From positions 2,108,001-2,172,000 of the forward strand of contig OZ024755.1 in NCBI GenBank assembly GCA_964016885.1: a stretch of DNA of 64,000 bases, read 5' to 3'. Shown here piece by piece: positions 41,477 to 56,286 of the stretch; the first letter of the stretch is position 1; every line of letters begins with the position of its first letter. A program made the position numbers and the translations under genes. The notes beneath the pieces were generated by a model, which saw only the letters and a list, made by a program, of their open reading frames with translations, ran no database searches and was not told the DNA's origin. The stretch is from Eledone cirrhosa (lineage: Eukaryota).

Positions 41477-41879
41477 GGGGTGTGAGCAGAAGGCATTATG
41501 AAACCTAACTACAGCTAAAGATAGGCCTGGTGTTGTATCTAACAAATCTGAGTACACTGTCTTCAGTATGTAACAAGATTGCCTTACTTATAATAATAGT
41601 AATAACGATTGTGATTTTAATGGTAGCCTTGTCTCCCCCTGTTTATGGGGGGGGGGACTGTCCAACCAGCTTATGAGCCCTTCCCTTTGCCTCACGAAAA
41701 ATAATGATGCTTTTGTTTGTTTGTTTTGGTGTTTTTCTTTTGTTTTGTTTTGATTTATATGTTATTTTGGGGTTGTTACAGTTTGGTAAAAGGAACAGGG
41801 CAGTAAATGGCGCTTGATCTACTGAAAATAATATCAGAACCTCCCTTAAATCACATGCTACCGTCTAAAATAAGAAAAT

Positions 41880-43805
41880 TGCATTAGAAAAATACATTGC
41901 TCGGTCTAGACAACAGTATTTAATGTAGTGAAGACAAAAAGATTGTGATGTAGAAAAGTCATCAGTATGCAGTGAATATCATCCGAAAAACGAAACCTAA
42001 AATTATAGCAACTAATACTTGTTGAGTTGTTATATTCTCTCAGCTATGAAATATCTTGTTTAGATCAACTGAAATTGTACTGCTTAGGTTTGTATGACCA
42101 AGATAACAACTACAATTGCTGAAAACGGTTACGATTTGTAGAACATTGCAGGAGAAGAGAGCAGAAAGTTATATACTAGCTACTATTGTGGGAACCAACT
42201 TACAGGAGATGCAGTAGAAGAAGACCTGATCCAATATTCATCGATTAACTCAGGAAGTTATAGACTAGCTACTATTGTGGGAACCAACTTACGGGAGACG
42301 GAGTAGAAGACCTGCATAAATATCCATCTATCAACTTTCAGACGATACAAAAAACCTCAGTAGGGAGCAGTTGCGAAAACAAAAACAAAAAATGCCAAAT
42401 ATACTAGCCTAATCTTACATTGTACCTGATGAAGATCATAGGAAGTTGATTTCAGTTGTAGTGCAACTTTTATGTAGAAAGTTCATTTCAGTAAATCTAC
42501 TTTATAAACACAATTGACAGCATATTATATGAAGGTATACTTAGTTTTCTGTGAAGGCCAACTTGATTTACATCGCTACGGAGACCAACGTTAAGGTAAT
42601 TCTTTAAATATAAAGGGAGAATGAAGGAGAATCAATTGCCGACCAGATCAGGACAATCCACGGGTGTCTTATATCTCAGGTGAGTTTCATATCCTCAACT
42701 AAGTGTTTCATAAGACTGAAATAAGTTGCTGGACATCTACTTCAGTTTTTCTGACTGTCTATTGCTGATATGTTTTGAAATCAGCCTCTTTTGGGCGATG
42801 ATTTGCACTGGAAAAAGCATGTTAAATGCTTCACTGCAAAGTATTTATGCGAGACTAGATGGGAATGCAGATTAGAATATGTCAAGGCTGTTAAATGGAA
42901 AATTATTAGAATCCTAGAAGCTATTTATAAACTTTCAGAAACGCCCGCTTCTAATCCTGCAACGTGATATGAATCAGTGAGTCTTGAATCACACATAGAA
43001 GATTACAGATTTCTAGAGTTGATGAATATCTTCTATGGTGTCTTAGTCAGAGAAAATACCAGCGAATCTAAGCAGAGCGACTTTCTGATACATAATGAAG
43101 AGTTTTATTAATGACGAGTGTTATTAATTAAACGATTATCTCCTTAATGGATATGAAATAGCTAACATCAGCAAAGAATGTAGCTACAGGATTACATCTA
43201 GAGATGGAGAACATTCTTTATAAAGTAAAAGAGTACACTAAAAAACGGTGGGTGGGGCGCAGTTTAAATAGGAGTTCGTTGACGAGAATCCAAACAGATC
43301 GTAAGCACCACCTCCATCCCCGGAAGTAAAAGATTACAGATTGATATGTTCAATGTAATACACGACAGTCATTTATTCTTTATCAGAGAGATTTGAACTG
43401 TTACAAAGTTTCAATAACCCATGGGGGGTTTAAAATAACATCAAATATTTGCCAGATAAAAAAAATAAACTAAGAATAACATGTAAGGGTTTGGAAGATA
43501 AGTTACGGTATCAAAAAATAAAAAGTAATTTTAATGTAAGTAGTTTCGTGACTGAACTTGATATTGTAAATTACATATTTCCTCGAGATATACAGTTTCC
43601 GATAGAAGCTGTTAGTTTCATCAACAGTAATAAGTAATAAGTTACAGGATGCCATGCAAATTTGTGGGTGTGCTTTGAGAGTAATACTTAGGATATCTCT
43701 AACTGTAGCCTAAGTAGGGAGAAGCTTTTCATAAACAAACTCTGATATAGACTTATTTACAGTTGTTTGTAACGCAAGGAGTTAGAGAATTGGATTTGCT
43801 ATCTT
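41880..43805 (+). pseudogene. Decayed hAT (Tip100/ZMYM1-like) transposase
   Basis: About 42815-43080 translates KHVKCFTAKYLCETRWECRLEYVKAVK...ILEAI...YESVSLESHIEDYRFL (hAT TRW block); about 43655-43805 gives NLWV/LRVILRISLTVA*VGRSFS*/LI*TYL (hATC dimerisation motif PVTVASAERSFS); many stops and frameshifts. Confidence 0.85.
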
Positions 43806-43880
43806 GAGGTTGCGAGTTCGATTCCCGAGCCGGGTAATGCGTTATATCCTTGAACCAGACACTTTATTTCATTTTGCTCC
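43806..43880 (+). mobile_element. CORE-type SINE fragment truncating the hAT relic
   Basis: gagttcgattcccg...tccttgaaccagacactttatttcattttgctcc. Confidence 0.7.
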
Positions 43881-43884
43881 TTCT

Positions 43885-44000
43885 GCCAAGAGTTACGACC
43901 GGTTGATAGAATCAGCAATGCAATGACCAATGGAAACATCGTTTCCTTGGTCGGATCTGACAAGTTCCACCTTCTGTAACCGAATGATGTCTGGGATCTT
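43885..44000. mobile_element. Interspersed repeat fragment (second copy at 59330-59450)
   Basis: Shared cagcaatg..a.gaccaatg.aaacat..tttccttggtc.g.t.tgac. Confidence 0.6.
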
Positions 44001-44918
44001 TTACATGATACAAGACATACAATTTCCTGAGTCTTTTATATTTTAGGCTCCTTCTTTCAAGTCCTCACTTCATATTGTTTTCTTCAGTCAATCGTCAACC
44101 CAACAATCCGGACGTTTTTGCTGAGTTATCACATGACATAATGTCAATTTTGTTTCAGTTTTTTTATCATTTCTTCACAGTATAACATTCGTTTTCTCCT
44201 ACTATTGTTATTTTCTTTGTCATTCAACTACAATTTATATCCAGGTCATGATCACGTTATTGCTTGATTCATCAACTGTATTTAATTTAATTTAACTTAA
44301 TTTAATTGACTTTTACCCCTAACAGCTACCGGTTACTTGATTAGACATACTAATAAAATTTAGATTTGAATCGATTTTTAGAATAAATTAATTTGGGTCA
44401 TGTAAACTGAATTTTTGACATGAATGTTAACAACCCTAACGAAATATATTTCTCCTAGTTACCATTATCTCACGTGAATTCTACTACAGGGCTATCAGTA
44501 AAATTAAATTAAATAAGACTGAACTATCAACAAAATAAAATTAAATCTAAACTTAAATTTAAACCCTATACGTGCAGTGTGTGTTTTTATCCAGGCGATA
44601 TATGCACCTGTAAATATTAAGTTAAGGAACAACCCTCTGCTGGACCAGGGGAATTACTGTCTCTCGACTAATTATTACTATGCCTCGCATCACAAATTTC
44701 ATGCCACTTTAATTACGTGATTTTTTAACTCTACCTTGGCCGAGTGGAACAGATATTGTTGTAGAATGTTGTGGTAGTGGTCTGGCACACGTGCTTATGC
44801 ATGCGTATTGCATATTAATAAAAAGAAAATTCAGTTTAAGGTGCATTGGACGTAGAGACACACAGACACAGACACAGACACACGCGCACACACACACACA
44901 CACACATATATATATGTT

Positions 44919-44951
<33 letters not shown>

Positions 44952-44970
44952 GTGTATATATATGTATATA

Positions 44971-45020
<50 letters not shown>

Positions 45021-45286
45021 GTGTATATATATATGTGTATATATATATATGTGTGTGTATATATATATATGTGTGTGTATATATATATATGTGTGTGTAT
45101 ATATATATATGTGTGTGTATATATATGTGTGTGTATATATATATATGTGTATATATATATATATATATGTATGTATATATATATATATAATATATATATG
45201 TGTATATATATATCTGTATATATATATATGTGTATATATATATGTGTATATATATATATGTGTATATATATATGTGTATATATATA

Positions 45287-45383
<97 letters not shown>

Positions 45384-45467
45384 GCATATATATATATTTT
45401 TAAAAAACCTTTCATGTTTATAGGTTCCATACGTTAGTGGCATTCCCTGTAACTTGATAAACACACA

Positions 45468-45512
<45 letters not shown>

Positions 45513-45666
45513 CTGTTTTCCACTCTAAACCCTTTTAAAGGGAGACAACCATTTATCCACCTAACCTTCACTCTTTGACATTAGAAATAGAATGAATTTT
45601 TTATACTATTTCCTGTCAGCATGACTTGGCAAGCTAATTAGAACACTGGATTAACCCCTTTACTTC

Positions 45667-45701
45667 CCTCCGAAGACGAGATATTATCTCGAAATATCAG
45701 G
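45667..45701 (+). ncRNA. Minimal hammerhead with U4C core change (HH5)
   Basis: CCU-CCGAAGA-C-GAGAU(AUU)AUCUC-GAAA-UA-UC|AGG; AATAAA at 45709. Confidence 0.55.
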
Positions 45702-45809
45702 ATATTCAAATAAATTTAAGGTAAAGGACTAATTGTCAGCGATATTTTTTGCATTTGTATTTATATTCTATATCCATAGCTGCATTGTTCTGGCCTTCTA
45801 ACGTCAGAC

Positions 45810-45863
<54 letters not shown>

Positions 45864-45917
45864 CGGCGATGAATTAGTTTTGCGAGGTTTTTTATATGAA
45901 ATCGTGTGTCGAAACAA

Positions 45918-46347
45918 ATATTGTTATACTTGGGGAGGGTCATATTTGTGTAATATTGCCAGAATTAATAACAGAACACACTCACTGTTTGGTTGGTTTT
46001 CGCTTTTCGCTTCTGTGTCTTTTATATCGGTTAATTTAATTTATTCGGTCCTCAATGTTGCTATTGACTGACCAACGGTAACAAATAATACAAATACAAT
46101 ATAGACACAAACACATATATATAGTTTATCATATAATAAACTATATATATGTGTTTGTGTCTATATTGTATTTGTATTATTTGTTACCGTTGGTCAGTCA
46201 ATAGCAACATTGAGGACCGAATAAATTAAATTAACCGATATAAAAGACACAGAAGCGAAAAGCGAAAACCAACCAAACAGTGAGTGTGTTCTGTTATTAA
46301 TTCTGGCAATATTACACAAATATGACCCTCCCCAAGTATAACAATAT
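45918..46347. repeat. Perfect 212-bp inverted repeat with 6-nt loop
   Basis: 45918-46129 is the reverse complement of 46136-46347; no mismatch seen by eye; flanked by (TA)n. Confidence 0.95.
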
Positions 46348-46719
46348 ATATATATACATATATATATATATATCTTATATACATATATATATATATCTTA
46401 TATACTTATCTTATAGTATATCTTATCTTATAGTATACTGTATTTAGATGTATGTGAGTTTGATATATATATATAAATATAAATATGTATATATATAGTA
46501 AATAAATCCCCTTTATTGTACTGTTGACCATGTTATTCTCCACTTTTTCAATTTTATTACTCCAAGATAAACTTACATAGGAATACAAGTGAAATCATAA
46601 ACTTGTCATCTACGTAGACCTCTTGTTGAGTCAAACAACGCCATACGCTAAAACTATCCATAATAATAAGTATTCACAACCTCTAACTGGATTGCCTATA
46701 ACGATATATTGTTATCCAT

Positions 46720-46754
<35 letters not shown>

Positions 46755-47043
46755 ATATATGTATATATATAGTGAGAGAGAAAGAGATGTAAATACGAAA
46801 CAGCAAACAACAGGAATAGGAAACAGAGAAAACGTGCGAGTTTAAAACAGTCACCGAAAGTGAAAAAAGATGACACATGGTCGACAATAAATATGCACAA
46901 AACATGAAAAATGTGTGTACAGTGAATATATGTATGTGTGTGTACACCTATATACATACCTACATATATACATACATACATAAATAGATAGATACATATA
47001 TACGTACATACATAAATAGATTTATATAAAGATACATTGATAC

Positions 47044-47096
<53 letters not shown>

Positions 47097-47288
47097 GAGA
47101 GAGAGAGAGAGAGAGAGATATATATATATATAAATATATATGTGTGTGTATATGTGTGTAAATATATATATATATATATGTCTGTATATATATATATATA
47201 TATAAATATATATATATGTGCGTATATATATATATAAATATATATATGTGTGTGTATATATATAGATATAGATATATATAGATATATA

Positions 47289-47323
<35 letters not shown>

Positions 47324-47750
47324 CATATTTGTGTATATACATACATGTGTGTGTGTAGCAAAAGAAATAATGTGAGAAAGAGGGAACATATAGATATTAA
47401 AAGCAAAATGGAGGTCGGAATGACAAGATATGTAGAGTCATGTCTTTAATATTTTATAACGCCATTCTCTGTGTCTTTCTTCTCGTACTTAGAATAGGGT
47501 GGCACAGCTTTACAAAGGAAATAGTGTGGAACGGTGTTATTTTATGGGGGGCTGGGAATGTGCAGGGTCTGCTTTGACGGGTTTTTTTCCTCTTTTACTC
47601 CTTTCTTTTTTTTTTTTTTTTGCTTCCTCTGCAATGTTTCCTTTCTATTCTTCTGTGCTTTATATATATATTTATATATATATAGTTTTATATATGTTTT
47701 TACATTTCTCTAACTATATTTGTTATGTTTTGGGAGAGAGATGTTTATTG

Positions 47751-47791
<41 letters not shown>

Positions 47792-47837
47792 CAGATGTTG
47801 TTTGGTAGGTTTTTTTTTTTTCATTTAAAAAAACCGT

Positions 47838-47903
<66 letters not shown>

Positions 47904-48572
47904 TCAGTAAGTAAATGAATGGTGGAACTTGATAGAAAGACAGACAATACAATAAATAGACGTCCAAATATATAGTGTGGGAGAGAGAGAGTGGAACAGG
48001 TAAATAAATAAATAGAAATATATATATATGTGTGTATATATATATATATATGTGTGTGTGTGTATATATGTGTATATATATATATAAGGGAGAGAGAGAG
48101 AGACAGACAGGCAAGCAGACAAGCAGACATATGCATGCCTGTATATATGTCGTCACGTGTATATATTGAATAGGATGAAACGAGATGGGTTCAAACGAAT
48201 CAAACAAATATAATACTCACATACGCACACATATATACACACACACACATACGCACACATATATACACACACACACATACGCACACATATATATACACAC
48301 ACACATACGCACACATATATATACACACACACATACGCACACATATATACACACACTCACATACGCACACATATATACACACACTCACATACGCACACAT
48401 ATATACACACACACACATACGCACACATATATACACACACACACATACGCACACATATATACACACACTCACATACGCACACATATATACACACACTCAC
48501 ATACGCACACATATATACACACACACACATACGCACACATATATACACACACTCACATACGCACACATATAT

Positions 48573-48609
<37 letters not shown>

Positions 48610-48713
48610 CATACATATATGTGTCAGTGTGTGTATATATATATATATGTATATATAGGGTGGGTGTGTGTATATATATATATATATATATATGGATGTG
48701 AGAGTGTGTTAGC

Positions 48714-48745
<32 letters not shown>

Positions 48746-48755
48746 GTGGGCGTGA

Positions 48756-48801
<46 letters not shown>

Positions 48802-48825
48802 ATATATGGGCGTGAGTGTGTATAT

Positions 48826-48859
<34 letters not shown>

Positions 48860-49089
48860 CCTATAGTTCTAGCGACCTGAAACGAGAATGGTAGACACTG
48901 AGAAAGGAAGTCAGGAAGAGAGGCGGGAAATGGGGAAAGGTGACTACGAGAAACATTAAACTCGTTGTATCTAATGGTAATGTTACGTTTGCACATGCGC
49001 ACTTATGCAGGAAGATGTTTTTTCCAATGAATTTGTGCATGAACACGGTTTCCACGTATATTTCTGCCTGCCTATATATATTTATATAC

Positions 49090-49158
<69 letters not shown>

Positions 49159-49182
49159 TATATATATAGGTATATATATACA

Positions 49183-49334
49183 ATAACACGACGGCGCCCA
49201 GGATAAACACAACGGGGGAAAAAAACGGAAAACGGACAGTCCGTCTTTCCGGGGCTGCTTTTCCGTTGTTTTCTCTTCTGTGTCTCCTGTTTGGGATTCA
49301 TATTCGAAAGTCGTAGCCACTCTGGCATTTTTGT
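49183..49334 (+). mobile_element. (TA)n-flanked element with half-hammerhead-like palindrome
   Basis: cggaaaacggac-a-gtccgtctttccg (AC-GGA-cag-UCC-GUC); outer acaacgg/ccgttgt. Confidence 0.45.
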
Positions 49335-49355
49335 ATACACACACACACACGCACG

Positions 49356-49450
<95 letters not shown>

Positions 49451-49623
49451 GTATATATATATACATATGTATATATCTATGCACATCAACAGTGCATACA
49501 TAGACAGGCAAACATATACTCACATATATGTACATATACAGATATATATATATATTTACACAAACATACATATGTATATATATACATGTACATATATAGC
49601 TAGATATATTTACAAATACATAC

Positions 49624-49676
<53 letters not shown>

Positions 49677-49793
49677 TTGTATGTGTGTGTGTGTATGTAT
49701 ACATAATAATATATATAATTACACACATATATATATATATGCGTGTATGTATATACATACTTATATATATACATATATATTTATACATACATA

Positions 49794-49844
<51 letters not shown>

Positions 49845-49903
49845 CTTATATATATGCGTGTATGTATATACATACTTAAATATATATATATATTTATACA
49901 TAC

Positions 49904-49962
<59 letters not shown>

Positions 49963-50579
49963 CATATACATTGGTGGACGTCCATTAACTGTGTAAGGGT
50001 TAACAGCCGAACATAATCATACGTTTAACTCCTTTAGAAAAAAACGCATTCGTTTCCTTTATATGATATGATCATACATTTAGCTCTCAGAGAAAATATA
50101 AATAGGAACAGCTTCCCGCCAAAAACACAGCTATTTACTTAGGAAGGAGGGGCGGAGGTTGAGACTCTCAGCAACCTCTCACATGACCTATGTTGGCCCA
50201 GCATAATGTATAAAAAAATATACTTGAAGATAGTCACAGAGAACTGGTGGATGGAGGTGACTGATGGTGAGTGTCAATGGTGGTGGTGGTGGTGGTGAGT
50301 GAGTGGTGGTGGTGGTGGTAGTGGTGGTGGTGGTGGTGGTGGTGGTGGTGGTGGTGGTGGTGGTGGTGGTGGTGGTGGTGGTGGTGGTGGTGGTGGTGGT
50401 GGTGGTGAGTGAGTGGTGGTGGCGAGTGAGTGGTGGTGTAGTTGTGGTGTTGAGTGGTGAGTTAGTGGTGGTGGTGGTGGTTGTGGTGGTTTAATTTTAA
50501 TAACAGGCTGAATGAGTTGGTGTGCATAACCCAACGAAACTTAAGTACCTTTATATGCCATTGTTGTAACTAATTATAT

Positions 50580-50682
<103 letters not shown>

Positions 50683-50738
50683 TATATGTATGTATATATA
50701 TATATATGTATGTATATATATATATATATATATGTATG

Positions 50739-50774
<36 letters not shown>

Positions 50775-50782
50775 TATGTATG

Positions 50783-50850
<68 letters not shown>

Positions 50851-50854
<4 letters not shown>

Positions 50855-51035
50855 TTTATCCCGGGTTCAATCGGGGGTAACCACAGTAAGGAAGGTACTC
50901 AATACAAAGCAGGGTATAAATATTTAATATAGAAAAGCTTCTACAAGAATAGAACTGTTTCATTCGGGAGAAATCATCAAGAAGCTTCCTGAATGAAAGA
51001 GTTATAGTCCTGTAGAAGCTTTTCTATATTAAATA
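50851..51035 (-). mobile_element. Family B pseudo-LTR element with hammerhead (HH6, C3U) at 50935-50987
   Basis: Reverse complement homologue of 3236-3421; core UUGAUGA, GAAAC, GUA, stem I AAGCUUC/GAAGCUU. Confidence 0.75.
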
Positions 51036-51044
51036 TACATATAC

Positions 51045-51169
<125 letters not shown>

Positions 51170-51267
51170 CAACATCCATATCTATGTCTATATATATATA
51201 ATATATATATATATATGTAAATTTAATATAGAAAAGCTTCTACAGGACTAGAACTCTTTCATTCAGG

Positions 51268-51320
51268 AAGCTTCCTGATGATTTCTCCCGAATGAAACAG
51301 TTCTAGTCTTGTAGAAGCTT
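51268..51320 (+). ncRNA. Intact type I hammerhead (HH7, family B); element 51221-51352
   Basis: AAGCUUC-CUGAUGA-UUUCUCCCGAAU-GAAAC-AG(8 nt)UU-GUA|GAAGCUU. Confidence 0.8.
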
Positions 51321-51348
51321 TTCTATATCAAATATTTATACTCTGCTT

Positions 51349-51400
<52 letters not shown>

Positions 51401-51985
51401 CATATGGATGTTGCATATATGATACGGTATGATATGGTGTGATATACAATATATATATGCATTCTTTTACTCCTTTGACATACTTCATTGGGTCTGCCAT
51501 GCCTTAATATCTCATTACTTTCGACACTACGATGTCTCACGCTACCCTCTTTCCCTCTTTTTCTCACCCCTCCGCCATCTTTCTTACTTCCTATCTCGAC
51601 CCCGTGGATTCGATGCCAGCCCCCGTTCTTCTATGACTCACTAGTCTTCTGTCAATTATCCCAATCAAAGTTTGCCATCAGGATTTCCACTTCGTCTTAA
51701 TTAGTTTGTATCTTGCTAATTACCATCTGCGCATGCAGTCACACACTCTCGTTCACACATATACACATACATGCATACATATACATATGTACATACGAAC
51801 GCACATATAATCTTACATACATACAAACATACATGTATGTATACATACATACGCACATATATATACATGCGAGCATACATGCATGAATGCATACATATAT
51901 ATATATACATATATACATGCATACATATATATATACTTGCATGTATACATACATACATACATACATACATACATACATACATACA

Positions 51986-52017
<32 letters not shown>

Positions 52018-52341
52018 CATACATGGAGGCTTAGAGACATACACATATTTCTGACTGTCAATAAGACAACTGCATCATTATTTGACAAGCAGATATGTGC
52101 AGTATAACAAGCATATTCAAGTTAAATGCACCTGTATATGGACATCAACAGTGCATACGTACATAGGCATACACATGCTTAAATCTACGTTACATTAACA
52201 TATATTTAAGCACATCAACAATGTATACACATACACTCAGACATACACATGCTGAAACTTACATACATTAGCACATATGTACGCACACTTTCAAACCAGC
52301 AGATACACTCACACACATACACTCCTGTGTATACATATTAT

Positions 52342-52400
<59 letters not shown>

Positions 52401-52493
52401 AGAAGGGGTATTTAATTTGTTGGAAGTCCGTGAATTTCCAACCGTTAAGGTATGATTTTCATGGGTATGTCTCAATTTATAAAACAAACTTTG

Positions 52494-52556
52494 TATTTTA
52501 TCTGATGAAAGCGTACCAATGTGTCTTGGTACTCTTGAAATATATATAATAAAATA
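52494..52556 (+). ncRNA. Minimal type I hammerhead (HH8); element about 52397-52601 in (TA)n
   Basis: UAUUUUAU-CUGAUGA-AAGCGUACCAA(UGUGUC)UUGGUACUCUU-GAAA-UAUAUA-UA|AUAAAAUA; perfect 8-bp stem I, 10/11-bp stem II, overlapping AATAAA. Confidence 0.85.
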
Positions 52557-52595
52557 AATATGCTTTTATAAATATAGTTTCCATTTATTTAATAT

Positions 52596-52666
<71 letters not shown>

Positions 52667-53701
52667 CATTAGTTGCTAACTAGAATGATCAGTTTGTTGT
52701 TAGTAGTTAGACAATGGATATATATTACTGAAAGTCTAAAATGCCGCTCGATAAACATTTTTCTTATTAAACTAGTAATGTAATAATTTAAAAGATAAAT
52801 GACACACAGAATTAAGATTAATCATATATATTAGCTGCCTAACCAAGCGAATTAATGTAAAAATTCTGCGCTTTGCAACAAAGGAAGAAAATACATTAAA
52901 CTGGCTAGATATTGGAGATACGTTGCATGAGATGAGTTGAAGTGTTACATAAGTAGTTAACGGTTCATATGATTTAATATGATATATAATTACTAGCATA
53001 CTAGTAGTCATATAGTATACAGAAATAGAGAACAATACAGAAAGGAAAGAATGAATTAAGAGTAGTAAATGTTAAACATGAGTAGTTCCAGCTTACTCCG
53101 TGAGTTGCCTTACGTAGTAGGTAGCAGATTTGATTTCATAAGTTATATATACTAAACACAAGTCTTAACGATACTATGAAATATCAGGTTTATAAAAAAG
53201 GTGAAAATACGTTCTCTACGTGAAAAGATTCTGTCTGAATTTCTTTTATTGAGCTGTGATTATTTAATAAACACGTTTGCAATCGAGTCAAAAGTAGAGA
53301 AGTCATGTTTTTTGTGTCGTGTATTAGAGTTAACGTTAGTTAAAATGTTCCATTGGAAATCATAATGAAATTTGGATTCGCTAAACTCTTCCAAGATAAC
53401 GAGGCTGTATTTTATTTTGCGGGTTACATGTACGTAGATATGATTTGGTGACCTTGAACATTAATTTTTATCAGAGATTTAACTAGACTCGTTTGTGGTT
53501 TTGTCATGAATTAATTTTATATAAATATTGTGTAAAAGCTTGGGTAAATTGAAAAATTTGTTGTTTTAAAATAAAGACATATTCTTAACTGAATAGTGTT
53601 CTTAATCTTTCGAGGACGAAAAGCACACACATACACACACATGTATATATATATAGAGAGAGAGAGAGAGAGGGGGAAGGGGGAGAGAGAGAGGGGGGAG
53701 G

Positions 53702-53770
<69 letters not shown>

Positions 53771-54273
53771 TATGCATGAATGGATGGATAGATGGAAAAT
53801 ATTTATTGAAAAGGAAAAAAGCAATATTTAACCTGTATAATAACAAAAATAACCACGCCAGAAAAATGAACAAAAACGGTGTGTGTCTTTGTGTGTGTGT
53901 GTATGTGTGTTTTTTGTGTGTGTGTGTATGTACATATATATAATAATAAAGTAAATGAAACATTAACGACAACTTCAATAGTTTCACCTTCAGCTGAAGG
54001 CAGTGATCAGGGTTAATTTAAAAGATAGTAAACAATGAACTCCAACAAGGCCGTAAGCATTTGAGCGGAGTTTTAAGTGAATTTCTCTAATTTCGCTTTC
54101 ACTTTCGCAACGACCGCCATTTTTGTTAAATAAATCATGTTTTAAATAGTGTATGTGATGGGAAATTTTTTTATCTTTCGTAAGCGTATTGTTGCTGTTT
54201 TCGTTCTTCTTCTTCTTCTTCTTTTCTTGTTCTTGTTCTTCTTCTTCTTCTTCTTCTTCTTCTTCTTCACACA

Positions 54274-54316
<43 letters not shown>

Positions 54317-54687
54317 TAACTTCTTCCATTATTATTATTATGTTGTTGTTGTTATTGTTGTTATTTATCTTTTTTAACAGTGATGCAGATAGGCAACAGT
54401 CTGGATAGATCAGTTAATCTTTTTTTTATTGTTATTGAAAAACGTTTGAAATAAAAGGTAAATTGTTACCATAGACACAAGCTCAAACACAGGCACTTAC
54501 ATACATATCTAATTACATATATATATCTACATACATACATATATACATACATATATACTTACATATATACATACTTATATATATACATACATATATACAT
54601 ACATATATACATGCATACGTTTTTCTGTTACTATATATATATATGTGTTTATGTGTGTGTGTATGGATATACATGGACATATATATT

Positions 54688-54768
<81 letters not shown>

Positions 54769-54965
54769 GTGTATATATATATATATATGTGTGTATATAT
54801 GTGTATATATGTATATATGTATATATGTGTATGTATATATGTGTATATATATATGTGTATATATATATATATATGTATATATATATGTATCTATATGTGT
54901 ATATATATATATATGTGTATATATATATATGTGTATATATATATATATGTGTATTTATATATATA

Positions 54966-55124
<159 letters not shown>

Positions 55125-55395
55125 ATATATATATAGTTAAAAAGTTAACTTGAACCCTGCCAGACAATAACAGATCAATAATCGAAAGAAACTTACTTTT
55201 GATAGAAAAGTAAAGCGATTACACACACATACATATATACATGCATACAGACACACACACACACATGTACATATACACATATACATACAGACACACACAC
55301 ACACACATACATATATACACATATACTTGTTATTTTCCTTCTCCTTCTCCTTCTCTTATTTATTCAACTAATTCTTATTATTATTTCCAGATGAA

Positions 55396-55490
55396 AGAGT
55401 GGTCGATTCGCAGTATCGGTAGAGCGTCGGACAATATGCTTTGTGGCACAGAGTTAAGTCCCTTTATATTCTGAGTTCAATTCCCACGTC
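55396..55490 (+). mobile_element. SINE family A tRNA-like head
   Basis: gcagtatcggtagagcgtcggac...ctgagttcaattccc. Confidence 0.75.
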
Positions 55491-55577
55491 TTGAGGAACA
55501 GACAGTCCAATCGGGGTAAGTAAAAGTTCTTGAGGAACTTCCAGCTTACCATATACTGTATATATGTTATCTTAGTG

Positions 55578-55875
55578 AAGGCGCATGGCTTAGTGGTTAA
55601 CGCGTTTGGCTTGCACTGGAGAAGTTGTGAGTTCAATTCTTAGAACCGGGTGATGTGTTGTATCATTGAGCAAGACTCTTTATTTCACGTTGCTCCAGTT
55701 TACTGAGCTGTAGATATGAGTTACAATGTCACTGGTGCCAAGTTGTAATCAACCATTGCCTTTCCCTTGGACAACATCGGTGGTATGGCGAAAGGAAAGA
55801 CTGGTATACATGGGCGACTGTTGGTCTTCCTTAAATAAACCTTGCCCGGACTTATGCCTCGAAAGAGAAACAATG
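55578..55875 (+). mobile_element. CORE-type tRNA SINE
   Basis: A-box tggcttagtgg, B-box gagttcaattc, ttgagcaagactctttatttcacgttgctccag. Confidence 0.8.
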
Positions 55876-56090
55876 GTCGTTAGTGACATTCAAATATATA
55901 TATATATATTATCTGTGCTCATCTTTTTTATACCTCATTTCTTTATTATTTTACTCTTCACAATGATTTAGCACATTTCTCCAATGTCAATATCGCCAGT
56001 CTCCCATATTGGCCGGTCCTCCTGGTAAAGGAACACAACCCCTACAGAATACACGTTCTCTGACATATCGACCAACATTATTCCTTGGCA

Positions 56091-56286
56091 GTGGGCGATG
56101 GATTGGCAGTATCGGTAGAGGCTCGGACGCCATGCTTTGCAGCAAAGAGTTACGGCCCTTTATGGTCTGAGTTCAAATCCCGCCGAGGTTAACTTTGCAT
56201 TTCATCCTTACGGGGTCGATAAAATAAAGTACCAGTAATGCACTGGGATAATTGCTGGCCTTGTGCCAAAAATAGAAACAATTATT
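56091..56286 (+). mobile_element. SINE family A (short form), full length
   Basis: A-box tggcagtatcgg, B-box gagttcaaatcc, central tttcatccttacggggtcgataaaataaagtaccag (resembles the Meta/MESC SINE domain, from memory). Confidence 0.9.

Noticed and set aside
42425-42460. Other CTGANGA hits (2221, 4893, 9848, 23801, 41549, 41959, 42426)
   Set aside because: No properly placed GAAA, NUH and stem I; chance or (GAT)n matches
44005-44270. Possible second RLE retrotransposon relic on the minus strand; possible RTE C-terminus at 6720-6830 minus
   Set aside because: Only scattered residues across frameshifts; not supportable without alignment
51519-51545. Minus-strand UGA-GACA(loop)UGUC-GAAA
   Set aside because: CUGA part of the core and stems I/III are missing
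52845-52940. KILRFATKEENTLNWLDI faintly resembles a Penelope RT motif (IKFT.E.E....L.FLD)
   Set aside because: Too short and weak by eye, with no flanking YVDD motif; needs an HMM search
55578-56190. tRNA genes suggested by A/B boxes
   Set aside because: No cloverleaf; the boxes continue into SINE bodies
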